The notes beneath the pieces are model-generated. The model was not told where the DNA came from and made no database searches. It saw only the letters and a list, made by a program, of their open reading frames with translations. From the IMG/VR virus record IMGVR_UViG_3300021963_005763, positions 1-64,000 of that record: 64,000 nt of DNA; one strand, 5' to 3'. The stretch comes from a virus. Shown here piece after piece: positions 39,231 through 48,692 of this stretch. Each line of letters starts with the position of its first letter. Positions within the stretch are counted from its first letter, which is position 1. The translations under genes and the position numbers were made by a program.

Positions 39231-42200
39231 TTAACTTTTTAATGGTGGCATGCCTAGATTTTTTCTAATAATAGGATTAGAACCAGTATAAGCAGGAGCA
39301 TTAGTATTTCCAGTCTTATTGACTAATTTATCTAGAGGACTCTTACCTAGAGCCTTACTACCGAATACTGCTAATACAGTATTTTGTAATTGTTGATTTT
39401 TTACATAAGATTTATCAGTAAGAGGATTTAATTGATCAGCAGCACTTGAAACCCTGTTAGTATAAGCATTTATGTCTGCGTCATTAGTAAATGATCTATA
39501 ATTGCTGTATGGATTAAACTCAACAGGTCCTGTATTTTCTAGTGCTGAAGCTAGATCTAGATTGCTTAGTTGACTTTGACTGATTCTACTAACATCGTTT
39601 ACGCCATAAAGGTTTGCCAATGCCCTCGGTCCGCCGCCTGCAACAACCTTATTAATATAATCTATATTAACACCAGGAGAAGGAGCAGATGTTTTAGGTT
39701 GTGTTACAGGCAAATTTTCTAAATCACTGGCAGAAATATTATCTAATCTAAGTCCGCTATCATATGCTTGAGCAAGTCCAACATCTTGTGGAACATTTTT
39801 ATAATTTGATATATCATTAGTTAATTTACTTTGAAACAAGTTTCCAAGACCAGAAACCTTACTAGAGTCTAAGCCTATTCTAGCCACAAGTGCTGACGGA
39901 TCTGCTCTTGTTCCTAAGGTAGATTTGACTGTATCACCGATATTATTAAGAATATTATTTGATTTCTTAGGACTAAGAGCTCCTATGTTATCAACGTTTA
40001 ATCTGCTTAGGTTAGATGGTATGCCTTCTATATACGAAACAGAATTAGGATCTAATTCCAAATCTTCTTTGGTAATTTTTACTGTAGCACCTTCCCCTAT
40101 TCCGCTTCCCGGATTGCTGATGAGTAGATTTTTTTCTAGACTCTCACTGACCAATGATGTAACTAAATCTTTTGACCTAGATCCGTCACTATAGGACAAA
40201 AGTGTTGCCACTGTCTGTCTAACTTTACTGGAATTTTCTAAAGATGTTTGGCTAAGTTCTGCCAGTCCTTCCTGGCTTAATCTTATATTTCTAGCCATAT
40301 CACTCGGAAGCGGCGCTCCAATTGGCAAACTATCAGATGATAGACTTCCATCCAAAGGATATTCTCCGAATGATTGATTTTTCACGGTGTCTTCATTACC
40401 ACCTAGCCCCCCTGTGGCATTGGTGAAATTAGTATCGTCACTGGGCAAACCTCTGTCATTGGGCAATCTATCACTAAAATCGCTGGCAGGTGTTTGTGCC
40501 TCAATGACTTGATCTTTAGGATTAGGAGAAGTAATCATAGCATCAGCCGGATCAGTTGGCTGTAGATTTTGATCTATAAGTTGCCCCGGAATACGAATAA
40601 GATTTAATTTCTGATAAAAGAATCCATCCTTAAAGGTATTCTTTACCGTAGTAACTTGAAAAACACCACTAAAGGGTATGCGATTACTGTCAAATATCAT
40701 CATACCATTAGAACCTATGTCAATAGGATTTCTAAAATTTATAGCTATTAAAACTTGACCAACTATATGTGCTGCTTCCCCATCAACAGTTTCTAAATGA
40801 GTTGTTAAAGCAGGATTATAATTCCCTATTCCACCTGTTACAGTAAAAAATGGATCTCCAAGAATTTCAATTTCTGCTGTAGCAAGACTTGTACTGTTAA
40901 GAACCTTTTCGTGCATTGACCTAGCTAACACACTGTAAGGATCATTTTTTGGCAGTGCTGAATTATATCCGCTTGGAGGTAGAACACTGGTAGCAGTAGG
41001 ATCTGTTCTTTTACTAGGTTGAGGTACTGTAGTGTCTGTATTCAATGTTGTAGGATTTTGTTTTACATTTGTACTATTACCAGGTCTAGCCGCAGTCTTT
41101 GTGCCTTTTTCATCTTTATTACCCATATTTTGAGGAATAGCTTCAAAATAAAGAAAATTAAAATTCAATCTAAAATTTCTAACATCTGTGTTTAAACCTG
41201 TATACAAATAATTGTATTCCCTTAACACTGACCTTTTTAACTTTTTTTCGTTAACTAAGGAACTTTCTAAATTAGGAATATTTGTATAATGAATCCTATA
41301 GGGAGTTACAACATAGGTATATGTTTGGTAAGGCTTCTTGGTTTTATCATCTATATTAGAAGAATTCTTAACCTCTGTTCTAACAATAAAATAATCAACC
41401 ATACCATCATTGTCTATTTTAAGATCTTTGATTAAATTACTAACATATTCGCTATCTCTAATAACAGCAGCAATAATTTCATGTAGACTTACATTTTCTG
41501 GAAACTGAGTAACTGTTTTTTTTGGTTCAAACTTTTTTTCATCTAAATCAGTGTCACCAGATGGAGCAACATCCTTGACTGTTTTATAATTTGTCTTTTT
41601 ATCTGTTTGGCTAGGATCTATCATCTGATAAAGGTTACTATCTGTGCCTAATTCAGACAACTTAGATTTAGCTATAGCACCTTCACTGTCATCAGTCCAT
41701 CCGTTTGCGCTAGGTTTAAGAAACTTAATTTCATAGGTATCATGAAATTGACTGCCTGCCTTTTTGGCATTTTGTTTTTCCTGATCAGTTACATTGTCCA
41801 TGAGATCTTTCAATATCTCTCGAACATTTTCTCCTGCCATTTTTACAGATTTTTTCAGTTTACCCGGTTGGCCGTAGGCAGTTTCATTGAATGGAACTGC
41901 GCTACATCTATATTTTGTACCACGTTCAGTTACTTCAACTTCTACTCCTGTAAATTTAAAAACAAAGTATCTTTCACTTTTAGGAACGAAATCCGCATCA
42001 GGAAATTGTACATCATCTTTATAACCAATAAACTGAAGTTTCAATACAAAACTCGCACTGGCATAATTAGGATACCCCGCCTTTACCGCAGATATCTGAA
42101 GTGCTTCTAAGAATCCATTTATACTGTATGGTTCAATAACTTCAAATTTAAGACTGGTAGGCTGAGTGGTACCGCCTTGCTGACTAAAGGCCATTATAGT

Positions 42201-42689
42201 ATCGATTTCTACATCGTCTATGAACATGTCAAATCTACCAGGACTATCTTTATTGAAGCCGGAAATAGCCTGTAAGTTTTCTGCTTGCTGTGCTGCTTCT
42301 TTTTTTTCTTCGTCCGTTTTGGCCTTTGATTGGTTTACCTTTACTTTTTCTTGGTCTTGAATAGTAGGATATGCTATGGCATCTCTACCTTTTCCACCAG
42401 ATCTTAAAATAACCAAATCTAGCTCACTATTTCTATAAGCAGCAGGATTATTAGCCACTGTTTTGTCTAAGGCAGCTAACACAAAATTATAGGTATATGA
42501 TCTATAACTACTCAGAATATTTTTTTTGCCGCTACTGACAAATTCAGCCTTTTGATCTGCCTCTTTTTTGTCTTTGTTGGTAGCCTTTTCAGTTTTGGCT
42601 GTCTTTCTTTCTACTTTTTGATTCGTAGATTCAGAGGGTGTAGGAACAAAAGCAGACTCATAACCGGAATATTCATATTCATTGGCCAT
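39231..42689 (-). CDS. Baseplate hub protein (gp27-like) with long C-terminal extension
   Basis: Position between gp53- and gp5-like genes; FEVIEPYS, EYNYLYTGLN, EIEILGDP, FSGVFQVTTVKNTFKDG.F.QKL.L.R. Confidence 0.65.
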   Translation of the reverse strand: MANEYEYSGYESAFVPTPSESTNQKVERKTAKTEKATNKDKKEADQKAEFVSSGKKNILSSYRSYTYNFVLAALDKTVANNPAAYRNSELDLVILRSGGKGRDAIAYPTIQDQEKVKVNQSKAKTDEEKKEAAQQAENLQAISGFNKDSPGRFDMFIDDVEIDTIMAFSQQGGTTQPTSLKFEVIEPYSINGFLEALQISAVKAGYPNYASASFVLKLQFIGYKDDVQFPDADFVPKSERYFVFKFTGVEVEVTERGTKYRCSAVPFNETAYGQPGKLKKSVKMAGENVREILKDLMDNVTDQEKQNAKKAGSQFHDTYEIKFLKPSANGWTDDSEGAIAKSKLSELGTDSNLYQMIDPSQTDKKTNYKTVKDVAPSGDTDLDEKKFEPKKTVTQFPENVSLHEIIAAVIRDSEYVSNLIKDLKIDNDGMVDYFIVRTEVKNSSNIDDKTKKPYQTYTYVVTPYRIHYTNIPNLESSLVNEKKLKRSVLREYNYLYTGLNTDVRNFRLNFNFLYFEAIPQNMGNKDEKGTKTAARPGNSTNVKQNPTTLNTDTTVPQPSKRTDPTATSVLPPSGYNSALPKNDPYSVLARSMHEKVLNSTSLATAEIEILGDPFFTVTGGIGNYNPALTTHLETVDGEAAHIVGQVLIAINFRNPIDIGSNGMMIFDSNRIPFSGVFQVTTVKNTFKDGFFYQKLNLIRIPGQLIDQNLQPTDPADAMITSPNPKDQVIEAQTPASDFSDRLPNDRGLPSDDTNFTNATGGLGGNEDTVKNQSFGEYPLDGSLSSDSLPIGAPLPSDMARNIRLSQEGLAELSQTSLENSSKVRQTVATLLSYSDGSRSKDLVTSLVSESLEKNLLISNPGSGIGEGATVKITKEDLELDPNSVSYIEGIPSNLSRLNVDNIGALSPKKSNNILNNIGDTVKSTLGTRADPSALVARIGLDSSKVSGLGNLFQSKLTNDISNYKNVPQDVGLAQAYDSGLRLDNISASDLENLPVTQPKTSAPSPGVNIDYINKVVAGGGPRALANLYGVNDVSRISQSQLSNLDLASALENTGPVEFNPYSNYRSFTNDADINAYTNRVSSAADQLNPLTDKSYVKNQQLQNTVLAVFGSKALGKSPLDKLVNKTGNTNAPAYTGSNPIIRKNLGMPPLKS

Positions 42690-42696
42690 AATCTAG

Positions 42697-42996
42697 TTAC
42701 CCATTTAGCGCCTGTTTTATCACAGATAATTTTGGCAAATATATTTGTACTCCTGCCACCATATCAAAAACTGGATCCTTAATTCTATCTTTATTCCTAG
42801 CAGCAAATACCCACCAATATCCTGGATTTTTATAGAGGTCATAAGCCAATAGATCAGGTCTAAATTCGTAGGTAGCAGTTATAGTAAAAAGATGATCATC
42901 AGACTGATAGGGAATATCTCGAAAATTTAATACATCTAAGTGATCGTTGACTATGCTAGTAGTGTAATATGGACTTGTTGGATTATAGATGATCAT
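42697..42996 (-). CDS. gp53: Baseplate protein gp53-like (LysM-like)
   Basis: YEFRPDLLAYDLY..PGYWWVFAARN..DPVFDM.AG..IYLP. Confidence 0.82.
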   Translation of the reverse strand: MIIYNPTSPYYTTSIVNDHLDVLNFRDIPYQSDDHLFTITATYEFRPDLLAYDLYKNPGYWWVFAARNKDRIKDPVFDMVAGVQIYLPKLSVIKQALNG

Positions 42997-42997
42997 T

Positions 42998-43933
42998 TTA
43001 AATGAATCCTTTTCCTCTCATAACGCCATTGAGGTAGCTATTAACACTAAACCCTTGCATTTCGTCTCTACTATACATAGTAATAACCGTTATAGCCAAT
43101 GTACTCATTGTAGGTACTGAAAAGATATTGGCAGAATCTGCCGACTTAAAGGTCATATAATCAACACTATCAGGTAATTCAATACGAAAATTAGTTATTG
43201 CTACAGGTACATTGTCTAACATTAAATCTCCGTAAGCAAACAATCTACATACAGGGGGCGGAGCGCCGCTATCTGGATCACCTGACCTTGCTCCTCCTGA
43301 TCTCATACGTGTTAAAGCTCTGACCAAGGTCTTAGTGGCAATATAAATTTTTGCGTCGTTTTCATTTTGTATTGTAAATTTTCCAGTCAATGTAATTGAG
43401 CTTAATTTACTGCGTTGATAGAAACTTATAGAAAAGTTGCTGTGCATGGGATTTAATGTACCATAATCCGCACTGGCTTCATAGGTTATACTAGGAGTGT
43501 AAGGGAATAAAATACCGCCTTGTCCAGTTAGGGCAGACGTTAAACCTGTTAGGTATTTAGGTGGTACAAGTATTCTTACCCTAAGATCCTGTCCTTGCTT
43601 ATTGCCATTAACATCAAAAAAATTAACTGTAGGATTAGGGATAGGTCTTTTTTCTGCACCAGTAGGAATCCCAGGCACTGATCTTTCTAATAATCCAACA
43701 GATTTCTCTCCGTTTATTTCTCTTTCATCATAATATTCGCCGTTGATGTCAACTATATTCGAATTTTGATATTTTTCCAATGTGCTTTGATCAGAATTTG
43801 ACTGGTTAGTGGCTAGATTGCGCTCTGCCGCCTGTAAATTTTCAACATTCTGTCTACTTTGTTGCGTAGACAATGGTTCAATTTCAGCTGTAGTTGTCTG
43901 GTTTGATGAAGCCACAGGGTTTAGAATAGCCAT
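42998..43933 (-). CDS. Baseplate tail-tube initiator (gp48/gp54-like)
   Basis: GILFPYTPSI, ITLTGKFT, GAPPPVCRLFAYG..DNVPVAITNF...LPDSVDY; first gene of the baseplate operon. Confidence 0.65.
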   Translation of the reverse strand: MAILNPVASSNQTTTAEIEPLSTQQSRQNVENLQAAERNLATNQSNSDQSTLEKYQNSNIVDINGEYYDEREINGEKSVGLLERSVPGIPTGAEKRPIPNPTVNFFDVNGNKQGQDLRVRILVPPKYLTGLTSALTGQGGILFPYTPSITYEASADYGTLNPMHSNFSISFYQRSKLSSITLTGKFTIQNENDAKIYIATKTLVRALTRMRSGGARSGDPDSGAPPPVCRLFAYGDLMLDNVPVAITNFRIELPDSVDYMTFKSADSANIFSVPTMSTLAITVITMYSRDEMQGFSVNSYLNGVMRGKGFI

Positions 43934-43964
43934 TGAAACAGTTTCCTAAATCATTTTAATTTTA

Positions 43965-44030
43965 TATTTACCTTATAAATAAAGTGCCATTTTAGTACCT
44001 CTTGACCTTTTATCTCTAAGGTTATATACT
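43965..44030. promoter_or_regulatory. Divergent control region: late TAAATA (-) for the baseplate operon; TATAAATA and a sigma70-type promoter (+) for the late sigma gene
   Basis: TATTTA 43965-43970; TATAAATA 43974-43981; TTGACC 44002-44007, 17 bp, TATACT 44025-44030. Confidence 0.7.
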
Positions 44031-44054
44031 CCTGGATAAGGAAGATTAATAATA

Positions 44055-44948
44055 ATGACTATAATAACAAAAAAGGTAAAATACCTTAACAATCGTGATC
44101 TATTAGAAGAAATTCATAAGAGTAAATGTAGTTTTTCATGTTTCAGTAGTAAAGAATATCAACAACACGACATAATCGTAGCAGATATAAAAAAAATCAC
44201 AATAAGAACCATAAGCGATGCTAAGAAAAACCGTGCTAAACGAATAGGTTTGAAAAATTTCGTAGAAGCTAGAAAAAACGGAGATAAAAAAATTAAATTA
44301 GCAGACCTTACTCCAGATTATAAAAAAATATTAAAGACCGATCTTGTGTTTAGAGTAATGACATTCGAACACATACCACTTACTCCGGGTCGAAAAAAAA
44401 CTACCAAGACTACTTCAGATAATCACGAAAAAGTAAATTTTCCTCCTTTCCAGCATTGGAAATTTAACGAAGAAAATGAATTGATCTGTGTGGGCAAAAG
44501 TCATTGGAAGGGCGGAATAAAGACAGGAAAATTTTCTAAAGAACACGGACGTATTACCGAAGAACTAGGCCGTATGTTTATTAAACTTTCCGAACGTTAT
44601 GCCCAACGTAGTAATTGGCGTGGCTATACCTATATCGACGAAATGCGTGGTCAGGCCATATTACAACTTAGCCAAATTGGTCTACAGTTCGATGAATCAA
44701 AATCAGAAAACCCATTTGCCTACTATACTGCTGCTGTCAATAATTCATTTACTCGTATTCTTAATATTGAAAAGAAAAATCAGAATATCAGAGATGACAT
44801 GCTGATTGAAAACGGACTAACGCCTAGCTCAACTAGACAAAATTATCAGGAATTCGCAGAAGAAATAGCACGACAGGCTAACTTATATAAAAATACAAGA
44901 ATGCCAAAAGCAGCAGAAAATATAGAAGATGAAGAGGAGGCGGCTTGA
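44055..44948 (+). CDS. gp55: Late-transcription sigma factor, gp55-like
   Basis: KYLNNRDLLEEI, LSERYAQRSNWRGYTYIDEM, FDESKSENPFAYYT..NNSFTRILNIEKK; upstream of gp47/gp46. Confidence 0.88.
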   Translation: MTIITKKVKYLNNRDLLEEIHKSKCSFSCFSSKEYQQHDIIVADIKKITIRTISDAKKNRAKRIGLKNFVEARKNGDKKIKLADLTPDYKKILKTDLVFRVMTFEHIPLTPGRKKTTKTTSDNHEKVNFPPFQHWKFNEENELICVGKSHWKGGIKTGKFSKEHGRITEELGRMFIKLSERYAQRSNWRGYTYIDEMRGQAILQLSQIGLQFDESKSENPFAYYTAAVNNSFTRILNIEKKNQNIRDDMLIENGLTPSSTRQNYQEFAEEIARQANLYKNTRMPKAAENIEDEEEAA

Positions 44949-44973
44949 CATTTAGATCTGTAATTGCTATTAT
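44945..44973 (+). promoter_or_regulatory. Sigma70-type promoter with extended -10 for gp47-gp46
   Basis: TTGACA 44945-44950, 17 bp ending in TGC, TATTAT 44968-44973. Confidence 0.75.
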
Positions 44974-44990
44974 GCCACAGAGGAGAGTCT

Positions 44991-46004
44991 ATGGCATTGT
45001 TTAAAAAGGTAGCGTGTTTTACAGATCTACATGTTGGTGCTAAATCAAACAGCACAGTTCACCTACAGGACTGTGAAGAATTTGTAGATTGGTTTATTGA
45101 ATCGGCTAAAAGAGAAGGTTGCGAAACCGCAATCTTTCTCGGAGACTGGAGTCATAATCGTAACAGTCTAAACTTATACACATTAGATACTAGCCTGCGA
45201 CTGTTAGAAAAACTGGGTGCGGCCTTTGAACAGTTCTTTTGGTTTCCAGGCAATCACGACCTATTCTACAAAGACAAGCGTGATATTCATAGTTCAGCGT
45301 TCGGGCGTCATATACCAGGCGTTACTGTGGTTGAAACCGTAACCACTATAGATGATGTAACTTTAGTTCCATGGCTAGTAGGAGATGAATGGAAGGTTAT
45401 GAAAAATGTTAAAAGCAAATACGTGTTTGGACATTTTGAATTGCCCAAGTTTATGATGAATGCTATGGTTCAGATGCCCGACCACGGTGAACTGCGTGCT
45501 GAAGATTTTAAGGGACCAGACTATGTATTCAGCGGACATTTTCATAAACGTCAACGGAATGGATGTGTAATTTATATAGGAAACGCCTTTGCTCACAATT
45601 ATTCAGATGCTTGGGACGATGACCGAGGCATGATGACCTTAGAGTGGGAAGGGGAGCCAAAGTTTCATAACTGGGAAAATGCTCCTAAATTTAGAACCAT
45701 CAAGCTAAGTGACCTCATTGATCGCAAAGACGAAATAATGAAGTCAAAAATGTATATTAGAGTGAACTTGGACATTGATATCAGTTTTGAAGAAGCCAAC
45801 TTTATCAAAGAAGAATTTACTAAGATTTATGACATAAGAGAAATCAGTCTTATTCAAGACAAGAGTAATTTAGAAGGTTCCTACGAGGATAATCCAGATA
45901 CACAATTTGAAAGCATTGATCAAATTGTATCAGAACAATTGACCAATTTAGACAGTGGTAATTTTGACAAGAAACTATTAATGGACATTTATAATGACCT
46001 TTAA
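44991..46004 (+). CDS. gp47: Recombination endonuclease subunit gp47 (SbcD/Mre11)
   Basis: FTDLHVG, FLGDW, GNHD, FGHFE, SGHFH; start at ATG 44991 after AGGAG. Confidence 0.93.
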   Translation: MALFKKVACFTDLHVGAKSNSTVHLQDCEEFVDWFIESAKREGCETAIFLGDWSHNRNSLNLYTLDTSLRLLEKLGAAFEQFFWFPGNHDLFYKDKRDIHSSAFGRHIPGVTVVETVTTIDDVTLVPWLVGDEWKVMKNVKSKYVFGHFELPKFMMNAMVQMPDHGELRAEDFKGPDYVFSGHFHKRQRNGCVIYIGNAFAHNYSDAWDDDRGMMTLEWEGEPKFHNWENAPKFRTIKLSDLIDRKDEIMKSKMYIRVNLDIDISFEEANFIKEEFTKIYDIREISLIQDKSNLEGSYEDNPDTQFESIDQIVSEQLTNLDSGNFDKKLLMDIYNDL

Positions 46005-47781
46005 GATTAAGACACTGACAGTAAAGAATTTCATGAGTGTAGGCAATCAAACTCAAGGTGTTGATTTTGATCAAGAGCAGTTGACCCTGGTGTTAGGATC
46101 TAATCATGACCTGGGTGGCGATGACACAGGTTCCAGAAATGGCACAGGTAAGACCACAATAATCAACGCCTTGAGTTATGGCCTTTATGGCCAGGCATTG
46201 ACCAACATTAAAAAAGAAAATCTAATCAACAAGATCAATAATAAACATATGTTGGTCACAGTTGAGTTTGAAAAGAATAATCTAAATTATCGTATCGAAC
46301 GTGGTCGTAAACCCAATGTTCTCAAATTGTTTGTCAACAATCAAGAAATCACTGCAGACAACCATGGAGACGATGAAAGTCAAGGTGACAGCAGAGAAAC
46401 ACAAAAGTCAATTGAACAAATGTTAGAAATGAGTCACACTATGTTCAAACACCTCGTAGCTCTCAATACCTATACCGAACCTTTCTTGGCCATGCGGGCC
46501 GCTGATCAACGTGAAGTTATTGAACAACTGTTAGGCATAACCCTATTGTCAGCCAAGGCAGAAGAATTAAAAAATCGTGTAAAAGAAAACAAGGACTTAA
46601 TTTCCAAAGAAAATTTTAGAATTGAAGGTATCAAATCGGCCAACGAAAATGTTCAGAAGAGTATAGAAAGCCTAAAACTTAAAAGTTCAGCTTGGCTCAA
46701 TAAACATGACCAAGAATTGGAATCATTAGGTCGTGCCATTGTTAATCTCGAAGCAGTAGATATTGAAGCAGAGATACAGGCTCACGCTAAATTAAAGGCA
46801 TGGTTAGACAATGATAAAAAATTAACCGGCTTAAGAAAGCAAAAGGCAACGTTGGAAACTGCTGTCATGCAGGCAGAAAAAACTGTGAAAAAATACACAG
46901 CAGAAGTAGAAAAATTAAAAGATCATAAATGTCATGCCTGCGATCAAAAACTTCAAGATCATAAACACAAAGAAATGTTAGATGATGCTGTCAAGCACAA
47001 GATGGAAGCAGAGGAATATGCTTTAAAAGTGGTCAATGACTACGGACTGATTGTCAATGACATTGAAAAAATCGGCAACCAAGGAGCAAAGCCTACTACA
47101 TTTTACGAAACTGAGGTAGAAGCATTAGGTCATAAAAACAATTTAGGCAACTTAGAAAAGGCACTGATACAAAAATCAGAAGAATCTAATCCCTATGAAG
47201 AACAAATTGAAGAACTAAAAAATTCTGCTATACAAGAAATAGATTGGACATCAATCAACGAATTAACCAAGTTGCGTGATCACCAGGACTTTCTTTTGAA
47301 ATTGTTAACAAATAAAGATAGTTTCATACGAAAACGTATTATTGATCAAAATCTTTCATATCTTAATAAAAGGTTAAGTTATTACATTGACAAATTAGGG
47401 TTGCCGCATCGTGTGGTGTTTCAAAATGATCTCACGGTAGAAATAACTCAACTGGGACAAGATTTAGACTTTGATAATCTCAGCAGGGGTGAACGTAATA
47501 GATTAATTTTAAGTATGAGTTTTGCCTTTAGAGACGTATGGGAAGGCCTATACCAACCTATCAATTTACTATTCATCGATGAACTTGTTGATTCAGGAAT
47601 GGATTCAGCCGGTGTGGAAAGTGCTTTAGCAGTATTGAAAAAAATGGGCAGGGAACGTAATAAGAATATATATCTTATTAGTCACAAAGATGAACTACAG
47701 GGCAGAGTTAATAACGTGCTTAGAGTGATAAAAGAAAACGGTTTCACTAGCTATTCAAACAGTTTAGAATATGTCAACTGA
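45994..47781 (+). CDS. gp46: Recombination ATPase subunit gp46 (SbcC/Rad50)
   Basis: KNFMSVGN, Walker A NGTGKTT, CHAC zinc hook, LSRGE signature, LLFIDE, ISH. Confidence 0.94.
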   Translation: MTFKIKTLTVKNFMSVGNQTQGVDFDQEQLTLVLGSNHDLGGDDTGSRNGTGKTTIINALSYGLYGQALTNIKKENLINKINNKHMLVTVEFEKNNLNYRIERGRKPNVLKLFVNNQEITADNHGDDESQGDSRETQKSIEQMLEMSHTMFKHLVALNTYTEPFLAMRAADQREVIEQLLGITLLSAKAEELKNRVKENKDLISKENFRIEGIKSANENVQKSIESLKLKSSAWLNKHDQELESLGRAIVNLEAVDIEAEIQAHAKLKAWLDNDKKLTGLRKQKATLETAVMQAEKTVKKYTAEVEKLKDHKCHACDQKLQDHKHKEMLDDAVKHKMEAEEYALKVVNDYGLIVNDIEKIGNQGAKPTTFYETEVEALGHKNNLGNLEKALIQKSEESNPYEEQIEELKNSAIQEIDWTSINELTKLRDHQDFLLKLLTNKDSFIRKRIIDQNLSYLNKRLSYYIDKLGLPHRVVFQNDLTVEITQLGQDLDFDNLSRGERNRLILSMSFAFRDVWEGLYQPINLLFIDELVDSGMDSAGVESALAVLKKMGRERNKNIYLISHKDELQGRVNNVLRVIKENGFTSYSNSLEYVN

Positions 47782-48094
47782 ATTTGAAGATAGATATCGA
47801 GAATTGTATTCAAGATACGTAGAGCTTAATATAAATCTGCATAATTACCATGTCGAGTTCTTCAGGCGTAAGTTAAAGAAAGATGCAGATAATATACGAG
47901 ATTGTCTTGCCGAGATGAGAGAACTTGTATTGGATATGAAAAAGATAGTGTTAGCAGTAAGACGAGAACATGTAAAAAATTGGCGAGTAAAAATACAGGA
48001 CAAATATTATTACTCTAAAGATGGAAAGAAAAAACTAAAGAGGTCAACGAAAAAAGATTATGGAAACTACAAACCACCTGAAAAAACTATTTGA
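47771..48094 (+). CDS. Basic helical hypothetical protein, possibly a distant Hc1-like paralogue
   Basis: ORF track; overlaps both neighbours. Confidence 0.55.
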   Translation: MSTEFEDRYRELYSRYVELNINLHNYHVEFFRRKLKKDADNIRDCLAEMRELVLDMKKIVLAVRREHVKNWRVKIQDKYYYSKDGKKKLKRSTKKDYGNYKPPEKTI

Positions 48095-48254
48095 AGAATT
48101 TCTCAAAGAAGATGAAAAGTTTACCAGCGGCAATGCTGCGGCTGGAACCAGAGCAAGAAAAGCATTAGCAGAAATTTCTAAGACAGTTAAAGCTCGTCGT
48201 AATGAAATTACAGAAGAAAAAAATGCTCGCAAGGAAGCCAAGGCCGCTAAATGA
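48060..48254 (+). CDS. Histone H1-like (Hc1 family) small DNA-binding protein
   Basis: EKF..GNAAAGTRARKALAEISK..KARRNEITEEKN. Confidence 0.78.
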   Translation: METTNHLKKLFEEFLKEDEKFTSGNAAAGTRARKALAEISKTVKARRNEITEEKNARKEAKAAK

Positions 48255-48257
48255 TTG

Positions 48258-48692
48258 ATGTCTTGGTATCATCAAGATACGATAGTCAATGAATTACCCG
48301 ATGATTGTATTGGTTTTGTGTATCTCATCACCAATACAATCACAAATAAAAAATACATAGGCAAAAAATTAGGCAAATTTTCAAAAACAACCTACAAAGT
48401 AGTAAAATTAAAAAACGGTACTAAGAAAAAGAAACGCATCAAAACAAAGATAGACTCAGACTGGCAAACATATTACGGCTCAAACGATCAACTCACAAAA
48501 GATGTAGCACAATTAGGCACCGACAAATTTCACAGAGAAATATTATATTTTTGTAAATCTAAGGCAGAATGTAGTTACATTGAGGCACGCGAACAATTCA
48601 CAAGAAAAGTATTAGAATCAGACGAATATTATAACGGACAGATATCTGTTCGTGTCCATGGCTCACATATCAAAGGCAAATTAATCGGTTAA
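48258..48692 (+). CDS. Stand-alone GIY-YIG family nuclease
   Basis: GFVYLITN..KKYIGKK, YYGS, FHREIL, SYIEAREQ (catalytic Glu), YYN. Confidence 0.85.
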   Translation: MSWYHQDTIVNELPDDCIGFVYLITNTITNKKYIGKKLGKFSKTTYKVVKLKNGTKKKKRIKTKIDSDWQTYYGSNDQLTKDVAQLGTDKFHREILYFCKSKAECSYIEAREQFTRKVLESDEYYNGQISVRVHGSHIKGKLIG

